Source of the DNA: Octopus vulgaris
Taxonomy: Eukaryota
Assembly: GCA_951406725.2 (NCBI GenBank)
Contig: OX597815.1
Location: 73,718,001-73,782,000 of the forward strand
Direction: 5' to 3'
Length of the DNA stretch: 64,000 bases
Part shown: positions 51,710 to 64,000 of the stretch, piece by piece
Numbering within the stretch: the stretch's first letter is position 1
Layout of the letters: each line of letters begins with the position of its first letter
Notes under the pieces: generated by a model
Databases searched by the model: none
Told to the model about the DNA's origin: nothing
Seen by the model: the letters and a program-made list of their open reading frames with translations, nothing else
Translations under genes and position numbers: made by a program

Positions 51710-53626
51710 TGCATGTTTGTGTGTGTGTTTACATTTTCTCTTCTCTGAAAATTGTTGAGTTACAAGTGGTGATATTTCCCTTGTCAAAAAAATCATCCAA
51801 TGTCTTCAGACCTTCAAAAATGGTTGGCATTAGGAAGGGCTCCAAGTTATAGAAACCATGCCAAAGTATGTTTTGGAATTTGATGCAGTCTCCTGGCTCA
51901 CCAATTCTTGTTGTACTGTCCAACTCATGCCAGCATAGAAAATGAATGTTAAATAATAATAATGATGATGATAATAACTTGGTTGATCCTCATTTTTACC
52001 ATTTTAACTCCCCATGACAAAAAGAACAGTATAACACAGGTTTAAATGTATTACAATATTTAGTTTTCATTTCACAAGGTTCTGAGTGAAAATCCTAATT
52101 GGAGCGGAGTGATTTCATCATTTATCCATTCACTAGAGCCCATGAAATTAAGCATCATTTAATTAATATACTTGACACAATAAACTTTCAGTATTGGAAT
52201 CAAATCCTCAACCTTCTCTTACATATATCAAGAAGACCCATCCCGCACAGCAGAAGTGTTATGGCTGCATCCCCTGGTGAAGAGGATTGGCCTGCAAGAG
52301 TCTTGTGCTGTTGCCACATAAAATGCTCATGGCACCATGTAAAAGTGTGTGTGGCAGTGCCACATTAAAAGCATCAAACACACACTATAAAGGGGTTGCC
52401 ATTTGGAAGGGCATCCAGCTGTAGAAACCAAGCCAAATTAGACTGGAACCTGATGCAGCTCTCTGGCTTGCCAGTTCTGGTCAAACCATCCATCCTGTGC
52501 CAGCATGGAAAGTGGACATTAAATGATGATGGTGACCAGGTTGGATCCCTCATCATTATTTAACATCTTCTTTGCCACACTCACCTAGGTCAGCCGGAAT
52601 TTGTTGAGGCAGAATTTTCTATGGCTGAATGCCCTTCCTGTTACCAACCCTCACCTGTTCCTAAGCAAACATATTTCCTCATGACCAGACATATTTTGCA
52701 TAGAAGACTTGAAACAAACATCACTTGCTCATTTACAACCATCACATGATGTCAAGATAAGGATACACACAAATATATACAAGCTTCCACACAGTTTCCA
52801 TCAACCAAATCCACTCACAAAGCTTTGGTCAGCCTGGGCTATAGTAGAAGACACTTGTCCAAGATACCACACAGTGAGATTGAACCCAAGACCATGTTTG
52901 GAAAGCAAGCTTCTCAACCACAGTCATGCCTCCAATATTACATTTAAAATTTCATATTCTGTCAATGCAATGAACGTTGTTTTTTTCTTTTTGTATTATT
53001 CACTTATATAAAATATCTATAAACACCAAATAATAGTGGGAGTAGATCTCTGCTGTTTGGTGATGAGGATTCAGTTGTTAAATCAACTGAATTACTTGCC
53101 CTTGAATTAACATATAAACAGCTGAGTATTCCACAAATGCATATACCATCAACATAATTCCCAAGCAGAATTAGTATAATTCGATATGTGACAGAGTTAT
53201 ACATTCTGAATAATCCAGCTGACAGGGTTGCATACAGTTTCCATCAACCTAATTCCGTACACATGTTATCGGTGAGCCTGAGGCTGCAAAAAATAACATT
53301 TGCCCCAAGTGTCATGCAATAGGATTGAACTTGAGGGCTTTGTGGTTGTGAAGTAAACTTCTTAACCATTTGGCCATAATACACAGGCACACCACATGGA
53401 AAATCCTATCAGATAAGAATAATGTAAAATTCAATATACAACCAAAAAGTCACAAATTTGTCAGAATTGGGCACAAACTGTGAATATGTGTATTTGGAAA
53501 AACTGATGAGGATTCTGCTAGCTTGCCATACTGGGTTCAAATGCTCCATTGAATGTACTTTAACTCTTTTAAAACCAACACACCTGAGACCTCTCTTGGT
53601 TCTGTGACACTAACTTCCTGTTTTAA

Positions 53627-54678
53627 CCCTTTCGTTACCAAACTGCCCAAAGCCACCCCCAAAAAATTTAGGTTTATGTGACCAAACTGCCCAAACCCGC
53701 CAGTATTTACCTATTCATATTTAAATGAGAATATCAGAGCAAATCTCTTTAGTACATTCGTGAAAACACCTGATTATACTTTGTAAACAGTTCATCTAGA
53801 GTTTTGTACAAGGATTGAAGTGTAATTTTAATTCCGTGAATTTTGGGAGATTTTTTTCCGAAATTTGTTCCTATTGTGTTTTCAAAATTTGTAATTCTGA
53901 CAAAAAATGGATATGAATTTCATTATATCAAGCAGCGAGTCAGAATTCGAAGGCTTTTCTACTGAAGACCTTGATAAATCTAACTCTATGACTGAAAAAA
54001 AAATGCATGTGGTATTTGATAATGAATCCGAGAGCCCCGACAGCAATAAAGAAAATGAATTGGCACCTGAATGGAGTGAAAATTTAGAAACTGTTTCTTT
54101 CAGTGATTTTTCTGAAGAAACTGGACCAAGCCACAATCTTTCCCAGGAGAGTAAAGCCTTAGACTATTTCTTTTTACTTTTTCGAATGAGCCTATTTGAA
54201 ATCATTACAGCGGAAATGAACCGTTACGCTAAATGTAAACAAAGCGAAAGAAAGGATACTTTGTGGTTTCCCACAACCTTAAATGAAATTAAGGCTTATT
54301 TTGCCATAAATATTATTATGGGTATCAGAAAGTTACCCAGAATAACAAATTCTATAGTAAAATTTTGTTGTATACCCAATTGAATATTAGCTAATAATCC
54401 ATTTTCTATAGCAATGTTTGAACAAAATTTTAATAATTTTATATTTTGTTGAATTTACCTGTATCTACCTGCAAATAGAGTCACTTTGTAACAAAAATTA
54501 TAGTATAGAATTGGTTGAGAACATTTCATTAAATTATCTTCCAAAAATCACATTAATATATTGATAAATAAAAAAGTTATAGTTGTTTAATGAAACCGGA
54601 CTAAATTTATGATTATGTTAGAAATTAATTGAAACACATAAGATGTGTATTTTGGTCAGAAATATAGTAACGAAAGGG
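53627..54678 (+). mobile_element. piggyBac deletion derivative with the N-terminal part of a PGBD-type transposase (ORF 53907-54383)
   Basis: TTAA|CCCTTTCGTTAC...GTAACGAAAGGG|TTAA; acidic N-terminus then LDYFFLLF...EIITAEMNRYA...WFPTTLNEIKAYFAINIIMGI. Confidence 0.88.
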
Positions 54679-56591
54679 TTAATTATTTAATATTAACCTG
54701 GTCAATAAGACAGCAAACTGGCAGTATTGTTAGCGCACTGGACAAAATGCTCAGTGGTATTTCATCTGTCTCTATACATTCTGAAGTCAACTTTGCCTTT
54801 CATCCCTTTCGGGGTTGATAAAATAAGTACCAGCTGAATACTGGGGTTGAGGTAATCAACTTTACCCTCTCTCCTGAAATTGCTGACCTTGTGCCAAAAT
54901 GTGAAACTAATACTAACTTAGCCAAGACTACTTTTGGTTCTATGATACAAAATCCTGTTTTAGCTCTTTTGATACTAACCTATCTGTGACTGCCTCTGAT
55001 TCCATGATACTAACTCCTAGTTTTAAAGTAATTTAAATTAAAACGTTCCATCGAAATTTCAAGTTAACTTATATCCTAAATACTAGTTCAACAATGACAA
55101 AATGACTTTAGTAAATACTTCATAATTTTCAAAATTAATTGAAACAAAGACAGTGTATTTCAAGGGTTAAGGGGACAATCTAGTTAAGCATATTTTAACA
55201 CATCTCATATATACAACACAAAGACAAAGTCTTCTCATAGTACTTATGTTTACTGCTGACATCTCTGACTGGAACTGGTCAGTGCTTAAGTGTGAGTGCT
55301 ATATGTAATTCTTTAGGATTTAAACTGGCAACATCCAACCAAAATATCCTGCCTGTTTTATGTTCAAATCAGCAGTATCCTGCCTCTCACATCGACACTA
55401 CAATGTTATTCTAAAAATAAGCGATTAAATCAAAATCTCAAAACTTTGAAGTAATGTATGATTACTTCAAAACACAGTGAATAAATATTACATTTGACAG
55501 AGAAAACTGGATGCTAAAGGGTTAATCATTGTCCATGATGCATTTTATGATAGAATGCAAATTTCAGGCCTTCAAATTCTGATAAAGTTAAAGGGTTGCT
55601 GTTGTAAAACTGCACATCTTGAGTGCTTACAGATCTGGCAGAACCCTTGCTTCTCCATATCTGACCACAGCTGATTTGTTCAAGAATGAAAGGAGAGGAA
55701 AAAAGAGAGAATAATCAACCCTGGTATAAGACAAGTATTTTTTATTGACCTCGAAAGGATGAAAGTCAAAGTTGACTTTAGAGCTGGAAAGATACTGTTT
55801 TCAATGCTTCAACAATTCAGCAAATTCTCTGCTTTACAATGTTCAAGATCTGTCTTTTGTTTGCTCAAGATCTGCCATATTCCTGCTCATTTTAGGTGTC
55901 AACCAAGCTAGAAATGATCTGCTAAGAACTTTATAGTGAAAAATCCATCAATTTGAAACTTTATTTCCAATAAAGAGGCTAACACGAGAAGACCCAGATA
56001 TTTATTGAATGTCTCTATTAGTTTTACTTTTTTCTTAATGAGTTTCACACATTCAATCGTCTTTTAATAGTTATGAACCTCAAATTGTTAAGAGTACAGC
56101 CATAGCTTCTCTCCATGGAAACTAATAATTCCAGCTTGATAGACAAATTCCATTTTTTAAGGTGGAATTCCAATTCTTGATCAATTTTTGTTTTAATGTT
56201 TAAATGACATAGAACAGAAATGATTATTACAAAGGCCTACTGAACCAATGACATTCTCCCAATATTTATCACACATCATGGTTTGTTAATTTTTGTTGTT
56301 GTTGCTTTTTTTTTAAAGATAAGTTTCGTTAAAAAAAATATATGAATATATTTTTTTAAGTGATAGACAAATTGTAATAAAATAAAAATATAATTTTTTT
56401 TCCTCAGAAGTATAAAAAAAAATAAGAAAAGAAATATCCAAGAGTCAAATGAAGCATCGAGTCACATTCACTGCCATCAATTATTCCCACACCAACATCC
56501 ATTTAATCATGGTTCTTGCATGAACAACATTTTTGATCATTTATGAACAATTTTAATGTAGAACAATTTATTATTTGGAAACTATCACCCA

Positions 56592-57617
56592 CTAACTCAA
56601 AGTTTTACTACTTTTATATATTTTCACGTGTGGAACGACAGTGTGAATTTCAACGGGTCCCTTCAATGTGATGCTCAGATCTAGGTAAGTATGAATCCAA
56701 TGATGTGTAGCAAAAGATATTGAAGGTATTGTCCGCTTGACGCCTTTTACTTTAAGGCTTTTGCATGCCTTCTGTTGAATTTTGGTGAGTTTGTCAAACT
56801 TAGCGCATTGAGTCCGCATCCAGAAAAATTTTACAGGATCAATTGTTGGAAAGAAATATTCAGCTGGTGCTAAATAAACCCCATCATCGACATCAGGGGG
56901 TATATTATTTTTCTGGTATTGACGGTAGTGGAGAGTTAAAAAATGTGGACCTGTGCTGTCGAGGACATTCCACATGTGTGAAAAATCTGGCAAACTTTCC
57001 ATTACCTTTTTCATAAAAGGGTGATTTTTACGGCAACCCATGATGGCATTGATTACAATATGTTCAAAATTAGAATCCAAAACAGGATGTTCATATGGTT
57101 CTTGTCCAAGAAAACAGGAATATTTCAAGGATAATGGGTCAACAGATTTGAAACTTTCCATATCCATATCGGCATAAACACCTCCAAATTCATAAAGTAC
57201 AAAATATCGCAGAGCGTCAGCCCGTCGAATATTTTCAGGATAATTATCAAATGTTGACAGGAACCAAGGATATTTATCAGCCAACATTTCTCGAGCACTG
57301 GCATCTGTCCATAACCAATATTCCCAATCAGGATGATTTTTAACCCATGATTTCACCCAAGATGTCAGTTTCCGAGGTACCATTTTGTCCTTCCATGTCT
57401 GATGGATAATTTTTGGAATTCTTCTTACTCCTGTAACAGGGAACAATTCTGGTTCTTTCATTCCATAAGGTTGGAAGTCCTTTTCTACAGCGATATTTAA
57501 ATCATAGAAACTGCCATGTTCACGCACCTGCTCAAATTTTACCAACCAGTGGAGAATGAATATAAAAAAAGACCCTAAGGAAAGGGTTTTGAGAGGTAAT
57601 TTTGGTATCCCTTGCAT
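56592..57617 (-). CDS. GT32-family (Gly_transf_sug, DXD) glycosyltransferase, Sur1/Och1-like, type II membrane protein, 341 aa in one coding exon
   Basis: N-terminal TM helix, IPKIIHQTWK, W.Y.LWTD, RADALRYFVLYEFGGVYADMD, HPF, TGP motifs; pyrimidine tract plus CAG acceptor gives an exon start at 57652 with the frame open to the ATG, so an upstream exon is likely. Confidence 0.88.
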   Translation of the reverse strand: MQGIPKLPLKTLSLGSFFIFILHWLVKFEQVREHGSFYDLNIAVEKDFQPYGMKEPELFPVTGVRRIPKIIHQTWKDKMVPRKLTSWVKSWVKNHPDWEYWLWTDASAREMLADKYPWFLSTFDNYPENIRRADALRYFVLYEFGGVYADMDMESFKSVDPLSLKYSCFLGQEPYEHPVLDSNFEHIVINAIMGCRKNHPFMKKVMESLPDFSHMWNVLDSTGPHFLTLHYRQYQKNNIPPDVDDGVYLAPAEYFFPTIDPVKFFWMRTQCAKFDKLTKIQQKACKSLKVKGVKRTIPSISFATHHWIHTYLDLSITLKGPVEIHTVVPHVKIYKSSKTLS

Positions 57618-57911
57618 GATGGAATTCCGATTAGTATCCAGGCGTGGCAGATCTGCAGAAATATAGAAAAGAAAAATTTTGAATATAATAAAATGTAATT
57701 TATTATGTAAATTTTAAATTATAAAATAAGAACAACAGCATTTCATATTTGCAGTAAATAATTTCTCAGAGTAAGATACTTTATTTTATGTTGTCTTAAT
57801 TTACCAGGATATTGGCAGTAAGTTGCACCAGTGCTTTTTATGTGGCAACAACACTTGTGCTTTTTATGTAGCACCATGACCAGTGCTTTTTGCATGACAC
57901 CATCACTAGTA

Positions 57912-58993
57912 TCTTTTAATCTGGCTGTATCTGATTCCTCTATGAAACTGCTAAAAAAACAAATCATGTTATTGAATTCTCGTTGCTTTGAGATAATGTG
58001 AAATAAAGCCCTTTCTGCCTTTATTCAAATAAAAATACTGTGAAATTTTTGTGACTACTTGGTTTTTTCAACATTTGAAGAGAAGTGTAAACTATTTTTT
58101 AATAATTTGGTGTCAGTAAGTGGCAATTCCAACTTTGAAGATTTTACTCTTGATGATGTACAAAATATAAAACGAAAACATCAGTGATTTGTCTTCAGAC
58201 AAATCTGATATTGATATTTATGAATCTTCGTTGGACATGGAAGATTTTGATAATGAGAGTGATGAAAATGATATTGGAATCATTATGGCAACATGGTTAA
58301 AGATTACTACATCAACCACAATTCCTGGTTTCACAGAAAAGACTAGTCCACAACACAGTCTAACCTCCCAATGCTCAACCATTGGACTATCATCTTTATT
58401 TTTATCAAAAAGTTTTTGTGAAACTGTCGTGGAGAAAACAAATGCTCAACACATAATTTCTATTTGTGGAAAACCTGATCCACTATGGCAGCAACTGATA
58501 CTGCAGAAATGCGAGCTTTATTTTACCTTGAACATTATGTTTGGTATGAAGCAGCTTCTTCGACTGAGGAACTACTGGAGTCCTGATATAAGGTATGGTG
58601 ATCCATATATTTCCAGCATTATGTCTAACTATACTTAATTCAAAAATTATGTAAAAAGCCACAAGGTACTTCTGCCACCAAAGGACTAGACCATTTGAAA
58701 TTTCAGGTTGACATTGCATCTCAGTTACATGAGGGCTTTTCTTCCAGAAACCACAGAACAGGGAGAAAAGCAAAATTAACTGAGGCGGATGTCAACAGAG
58801 AAAATATTGATTTCTATAAAGTGGAAAAAATTTGCACAAGCACCCACTGGTCAAAATTTCAAATACGTATGTAGAAAATTAACAAAGTCACAAGCAAACA
58901 TTGTGGACACCACTCTTGAACCTGAATAATTCAAAATAATGTGAACAAATAAGCAATACATTTGACAGATTAATCTGAACACTAAAGGGTTAA
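57912..58993 (+). mobile_element. Decayed piggyBac element (transposase remnant 58189-58638)
   Basis: PGBD-like peptide (VVEKTNA...W...YFTLNIMFGMKQLLRLRNYWS); right end TAAAGGG|TTAA; left boundary approximate. Confidence 0.7.
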
Positions 58994-59569
58994 GATATAG
59001 AGCAACAGATATAGGTATCTTGCTGTAGAGTAGACACATGGATACCCTGGTTGAAAAGGAAAGAAGAGTGAGTTAGAAAGTAAGATACAGAGTGATAGTG
59101 AGAGAAAGATGATGGCAAAGATGTGACAGTACATGCTATTGAGGAACATTGGGGATAGTGAGAAGTGTGATGATATAGAGGTGTGTGAGTGGACAGGATG
59201 AGGTAATTAGCAAATGATGGAGACAAATATAGGCGAGGCGTGGGGGCAGGGGTTACAGTAGATATATGGGGGCATTGAGGGTGATAACAAAGGAGGTGAT
59301 TGGTGGAGGCAGTAGGCAGGGGAAGACAAGCAGAAATGGAAGTGGCTTGAGGTAGGGGAAGAAAGTTAATTGAGAAAGCCATGGGATGTAGTATGTGCCT
59401 ATTCTACTCTCAGGTGATAGAGAAAGTGGTTGGTGTTAAGGGATGTAATATGGGGAGAGATGGTTGACAGGGTAGAGAGGATGAAAGGGGGGGGGGGGCA
59501 GGGGCCCTAATAGACAAGCATTACTATGGTCATTTTAGGATATCAATTCTGCTGTGGTGGACAAGTCCT

Positions 59570-61150
59570 CTTGAATACAACAAGGTGCCAAATATCTTGG
59601 TTCTTTGTCATCTACTTTGCAAAGCACAATGTCTTGAGATCAGTCTTCAATACTTAATCCCAGGTCTTCCTGGGTCTCCCTCTTCCACAAGTTCCATCCA
59701 TTTTAAGTGATTGATACTTCTTTATGCAACAGTCCACATCTATATGCATCACATCACCACATCAGTGCAGTCTTCTCTCTTGCGCACTGCAACTAATTCC
59801 TCTTATGCCTAACTTTTCTTTCAATATACTAGTGCCCTGTTGCTCATGTACACTGACACTGCACATCCAGCAGAGTATACAAGCTTCATTCCTCTCTAGC
59901 TTTTGCATGTCCTCTACATTCAGGGCCCATATTTCACTATCATGTAGCATTGCTGTTTGTATACATGTATCATATATTCTTCTTTTCACTGAGAGAGAGA
60001 GAGAGACCTTTGGTTGCCAACAGAGGTAAAAGTTCTCTGAACTGTCTCCATCCTATTCCTATCCTAGCAATTACACTTTCAGTTCATCCTATTTTACTGC
60101 TAATTTGGTCTAAAGGTAGCAGAAGTTATTCCCTACTTCTAGAGAGTCTGAGGCATTTGAGAAAGTCAATTTCTCATGTAACTGTTGACTTTATGGCTCC
60201 TGTACATCTTCCACATACAAACAATACTTTCTTTGTTAACTTTCCTATTAGTCTACTGCACCTCTTGTGTGTCCATAGCTTGCACTGGGTTCACCGAATA
60301 GAATTCCTGCTTACACTTTTCCTACATATCAAGCAGGGTCATTTACCTGAAATGGGTAAGGTCCTGTCTGATTTTTTGCTTACTAGGATCATGGCCTTTG
60401 CTAAGTTAACTTTAAGGCCCTTTAATTCCAGGTTTTGCTTCCTAACCTGGTGTTTCCTTTCTAGTTCCATTACAGATTCTGCTATGACTTCAAATTGACA
60501 TATCAGCATATAATAATTCCCATGGGCTTTTGATCTTAAATTCCCCTGTTATAATTGATGATGAATGGGGTGAGGACTGAGCATTGATGAACACCTACCT
60601 ATATACTAAATTCACCACTGTATTCGTGGTTAATTCTTACCTTACCAACAGCATCCCTGTACTGCTTTCACAAATCATTTGTCTACCCCCAGCTTCCTCA
60701 GAGACCACCATATCACTGAGCGAGATACTCTGTCAAAGGTTTTCTCCAGATCAACAAATGTCAAGTACAATGGCTTATTCTTGGCTAAATACTTCTCTTG
60801 CAGTTGCTTGACTATGAAAATAGCATCAGTAATACTTCTCCCTGGCACAAAGCCAGATTGCGTTTCATCTAGTCTAATTCTGTTCCTAATTAATTGGGTT
60901 ATAACTCTCTGCATCAGTCATCACCTGGTCCAGCAATTTGATGCCCCTATAATTATTTCTAAGGCACATCCATTAACCTTGTAGCAGCTAACTATGATGC
61001 TGCTACACCAGTCACAGACGATTACACACTCCTGAATAACCTGATTAACTACACAGGTGACTTGACTGTATCCTACTCTACCAGATATTTTAAGCATCTC
61101 AGCAATGATGGACCAAGGACCAAGGGAGACTCCCTCCCATTCATTCTCTA
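59570..61150 (-). mobile_element. Older RTE-clade LINE fragment of the same family, opposite orientation
   Basis: ORFs 60675..60914, 60921..61187 and 59762..59989 match the RT and C-terminal parts of the plus-strand copy. Confidence 0.9.
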
Positions 61151-61786
61151 CGTTCAATAGCCTGAACTTCATCATCATCATCATCATCGTTTAACGTCCG
61201 TTCTCCATGCTAGCATGGGTTGGACCGTTCGACCGAGGATCTGGGAAGCCAGAAGGCTGCACCAGGCTCCAGTCTTATCTGGCAATGTTTCTACAGCTGG
61301 ATGCCCTTCTTAACGCCAACCACTCCGTGAGTGTAGTGGGTGTTTTTTACGTGCCACCCGTATAGGTACCAGGCAAGGTTGGCAACGGCTACGGTCGGAT
61401 TGGTGCAATTTACGTGCCACCGGCACGGAAGCCAGTCGAGGCGGCGCTGGCATCGGCCACGATTCGGATAGTCGCTGGCATCGGCCACGATTCGGATAGT
61501 AACTTGTACATATATATATATATATGTTTCACCCATAGCATGGACAATTATTTTTTGTTTACAAAATCAACTGACCATTAAATATTTCTTCTTCCGGCTC
61601 CTAGAGAGGTCATGTGCCTTCAGCCATTTGAATCTGACAAGTCACTTTTACTGCTAAGTGCTTTATAGGTATGAAACCAATTGGTCACTCAATGACTGGC
61701 TATAACTTTTAAATTCCTATAAAATATACTATATATATATATCATTATCATCGTTTAACGTCCGTTTTCCATGCTAGCACGGGTTG

Positions 61787-63400
61787 GATGGAGATAAAGC
61801 AATTAAAAGTATGAAGACAAGGAAAGCCCCAGGCCCATCAGGAATTGCTGCAGAGATGCTCAAAATATCTGGCAGAGTCGGCTATAGCCTAGTCACCTGT
61901 ATAGTTAACCAGGTGATACACGAAGGAGTCATACCCAATGACTGGTGTAGCAGCATAATAGTCAACTGCTACAAAGGTAAAGGTGACGATTTAGATACAA
62001 ATAATTACAAATGTATCAAGCTGTTGGTTTAGGTAATGAAGGTCATGGAGAGGGTTGTAGCCCAACTAATTAGGGAGAGAGTCAGTTTGGATGAGATACA
62101 GTTTGGTTTCGTGCCAGGGAAAAGCACCACTGATGCTATATTTCTCGTAAGATAGCTGCAGGAGAAATACCTAACCAAAGATAAGCCCCTGTACCTGGCT
62201 TTCGTTGACATGGAGAAAGCCTTTGACAGGGTCCCCTGATCCCTTATCTGGTGGTCAATGAAGAAACTAGGGATAGACGAATGGTTAGTGAGAGCCGTGC
62301 AAGTAAGGTGAGGGTTGGCAACGAGTACACTGAAGAATTCAGGGTAGAGGTAGGGGTCCACCAAGGTTCAGTCCTCAGCCCACTCCTATTTATCATAGTC
62401 CTCCAGGTAATAACGAAGGAATTCAAGACAGGATGCCCCTGGGAGCTCCTCTATGCTGATGACCTTGCTCTAATTGCTGAGTCACTATCAGAACTAGAGA
62501 AGAAGTTTCAAGTGTGGAAACAAGGATTAGAACCAAAGGCCCTTAGAGTCAACCTAGCTAAAACCAAGGTCCTAATAAGTAGGAAGGCAGGCAAACCACA
62601 AATCCCTTCAGGTAGATGGCCCTGCTCGATCTGTAGTAGAGGTGTAGGTAGAAACTCTATAAGATGTACCCAGTGTAAGCTATGGACACATAAGAGGTGC
62701 AGAAATATCAAAGGAAGGCTAACTGGGAAGATAGTTTTTGTATGTGGCAGATGCTAGGGAGCAATAAACACTGAAAATGCACAGAGAACAACTTCCATCA
62801 CATTCCAGGGAGAAAAACTAGAAGTAGTTGATAGCTTCCGTTACCTAGGTGACCAAGTCAGTAGTGGGGGAGGGTGCACTGAAAGTGTAGCTGCTGGAAT
62901 AAGAATAGCTTGGGCAAAGTTCAGAGAGCTCTTACCTCTGCTGGTGACAAAGGGCCTCTTGCTCAGAGTAAAAGGTAGACTGTATGACGCATATGTACGA
63001 ACAGCCATGCTACATGGCAGTGAAATATGGGCTGTGACTGCTGAGGACATGCGTAAGCTCACAAGGAATGAAGCCAGTATGCTCTGTTGGATGTGTAATG
63101 TCAGTGTGCATACTTGACAGAGTGTAAGTACCTTGAGAGAAAAGTTGGACCTAAGAAGCATCAGATGTAGTGTACAAGAGAGATGACTGCGCTGGTATGG
63201 TCATGTGGCGAGAATGGATGAGGATAGCTGTGTGAAAAAGTGCCACATCCTAGCGGTTGAGGGAACCTGTGAAAGAGGTAGACCTGGGATGAAGTGGTGA
63301 AGCATACCTTCGAACATTAGGTCTCACCAAGGAAATGACTAGTGACCGAGACTTGGAAATATGCTGTGCATGAGAAAACCTGGCAAGCCAAAGACCATAA
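61787..63400 (+). mobile_element. RTE-clade LINE fragment (RT with Cys-rich PHD-like insert), with stops and frameshifts
   Basis: KAPGPSG, QFGFVPGKSTTDAIF, FVDMEKAFDRV, GVHQGSVLSPLLF, LYADD, WPCSIC...C..C..WTHKRC, FRYLG, RWYGHV. Confidence 0.93.
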
Positions 63401-64000
63401 CCTCGTGGGTTTAAAATTTACAGGAGGGTGCGTTTAGGAATTCTCTGTTACATCAAGCTAAAAAATTTGCGCCAGCCTTTAAATCGTCAATGTGTTGCCA
63501 TCCGTCACGAAGAAGTTTTGAATGCCTGTCATGAGAAAGAATCACTTCAAAACTTGGTGTTTAGGAATTTTCTCTTACATCAAGTTCAAAATTTTGCACC
63601 AGTCGTTAAACTGCCAGTATGTTGCTGTCTGTTGTTAAGAAGTTTTGAATGCCAGCCATGGTGAGTCTACTATCCTGAGATTCTATCCCTTCAAACTTTG
63701 GTTTACAATATTTTTTAAATTTTTATTCAGCCCTTTTAAATGTTAGTGTTTTGCTGTCCACCTTGAAGCAGACCTTTCCGTTGTCACTGCCTGATATTTA
63801 TGATTGATCTTTCAAAATATTTTCTTTCGTAAGAAAAAGCGAGGGAGAGTCCGAGAGAAAGGAAGAGTAAGAGAGTGGGAAAGTGAGAGAGAAAGGAGAG
63901 AGAAACAAAGAGGGAGAATTATTTATTTATTCATCACACATGATGTACAGGACATATTTCCAATTTTTTTCAACCACTAGAGTTACTTGGAACTTATGAG

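Noticed and set aside
61444-61500. 28-bp tandem duplication CGCTGGCATCGGCCACGATTCGGATAGT
   Set aside because: Simple local slippage at the truncated end of a repeat.

Overview
AT-rich, repeat-dense animal genomic DNA. The SINE/LINE families and the dense (TA)n/(TG)n microsatellites suggest a coleoid cephalopod, probably Octopus (inferred, not proven). Three host genes were reconstructed by hand. (1) germ cell-less (GMCL1), minus strand: ten GT-AG, phase-consistent coding exons from ATG 34156 down to 1470, with the 3' end outside the window. (2) An intronless WDR18/Ipi3 gene, plus strand, 46479-47828. (3) A single-coding-exon GT32 (DXD) glycosyltransferase, minus strand, 56592-57617. The rest is mobile DNA: three mariner elements, two piggyBac remnants with matching MITE families, CR1, RTE and R4/Dong-like LINE fragments, a Penelope GIY-YIG fragment, several SINE families, and foldback elements carrying TTAGGG-like repeats. 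The most notable signal not shown by the ORF track is a set of type I hammerhead-ribozyme motifs in short non-coding, often inverted-repeat elements sitting in (TA)n tracts. Three have canonical cores and full stems (20965-21015, 23496-23546, 43467-43531), one has a ~85-nt stem II, and several are decayed. Also of note are a ~340-bp duplication bracketing WDR18 and a ~200-bp inverted duplication around GMCL1 exon 5.
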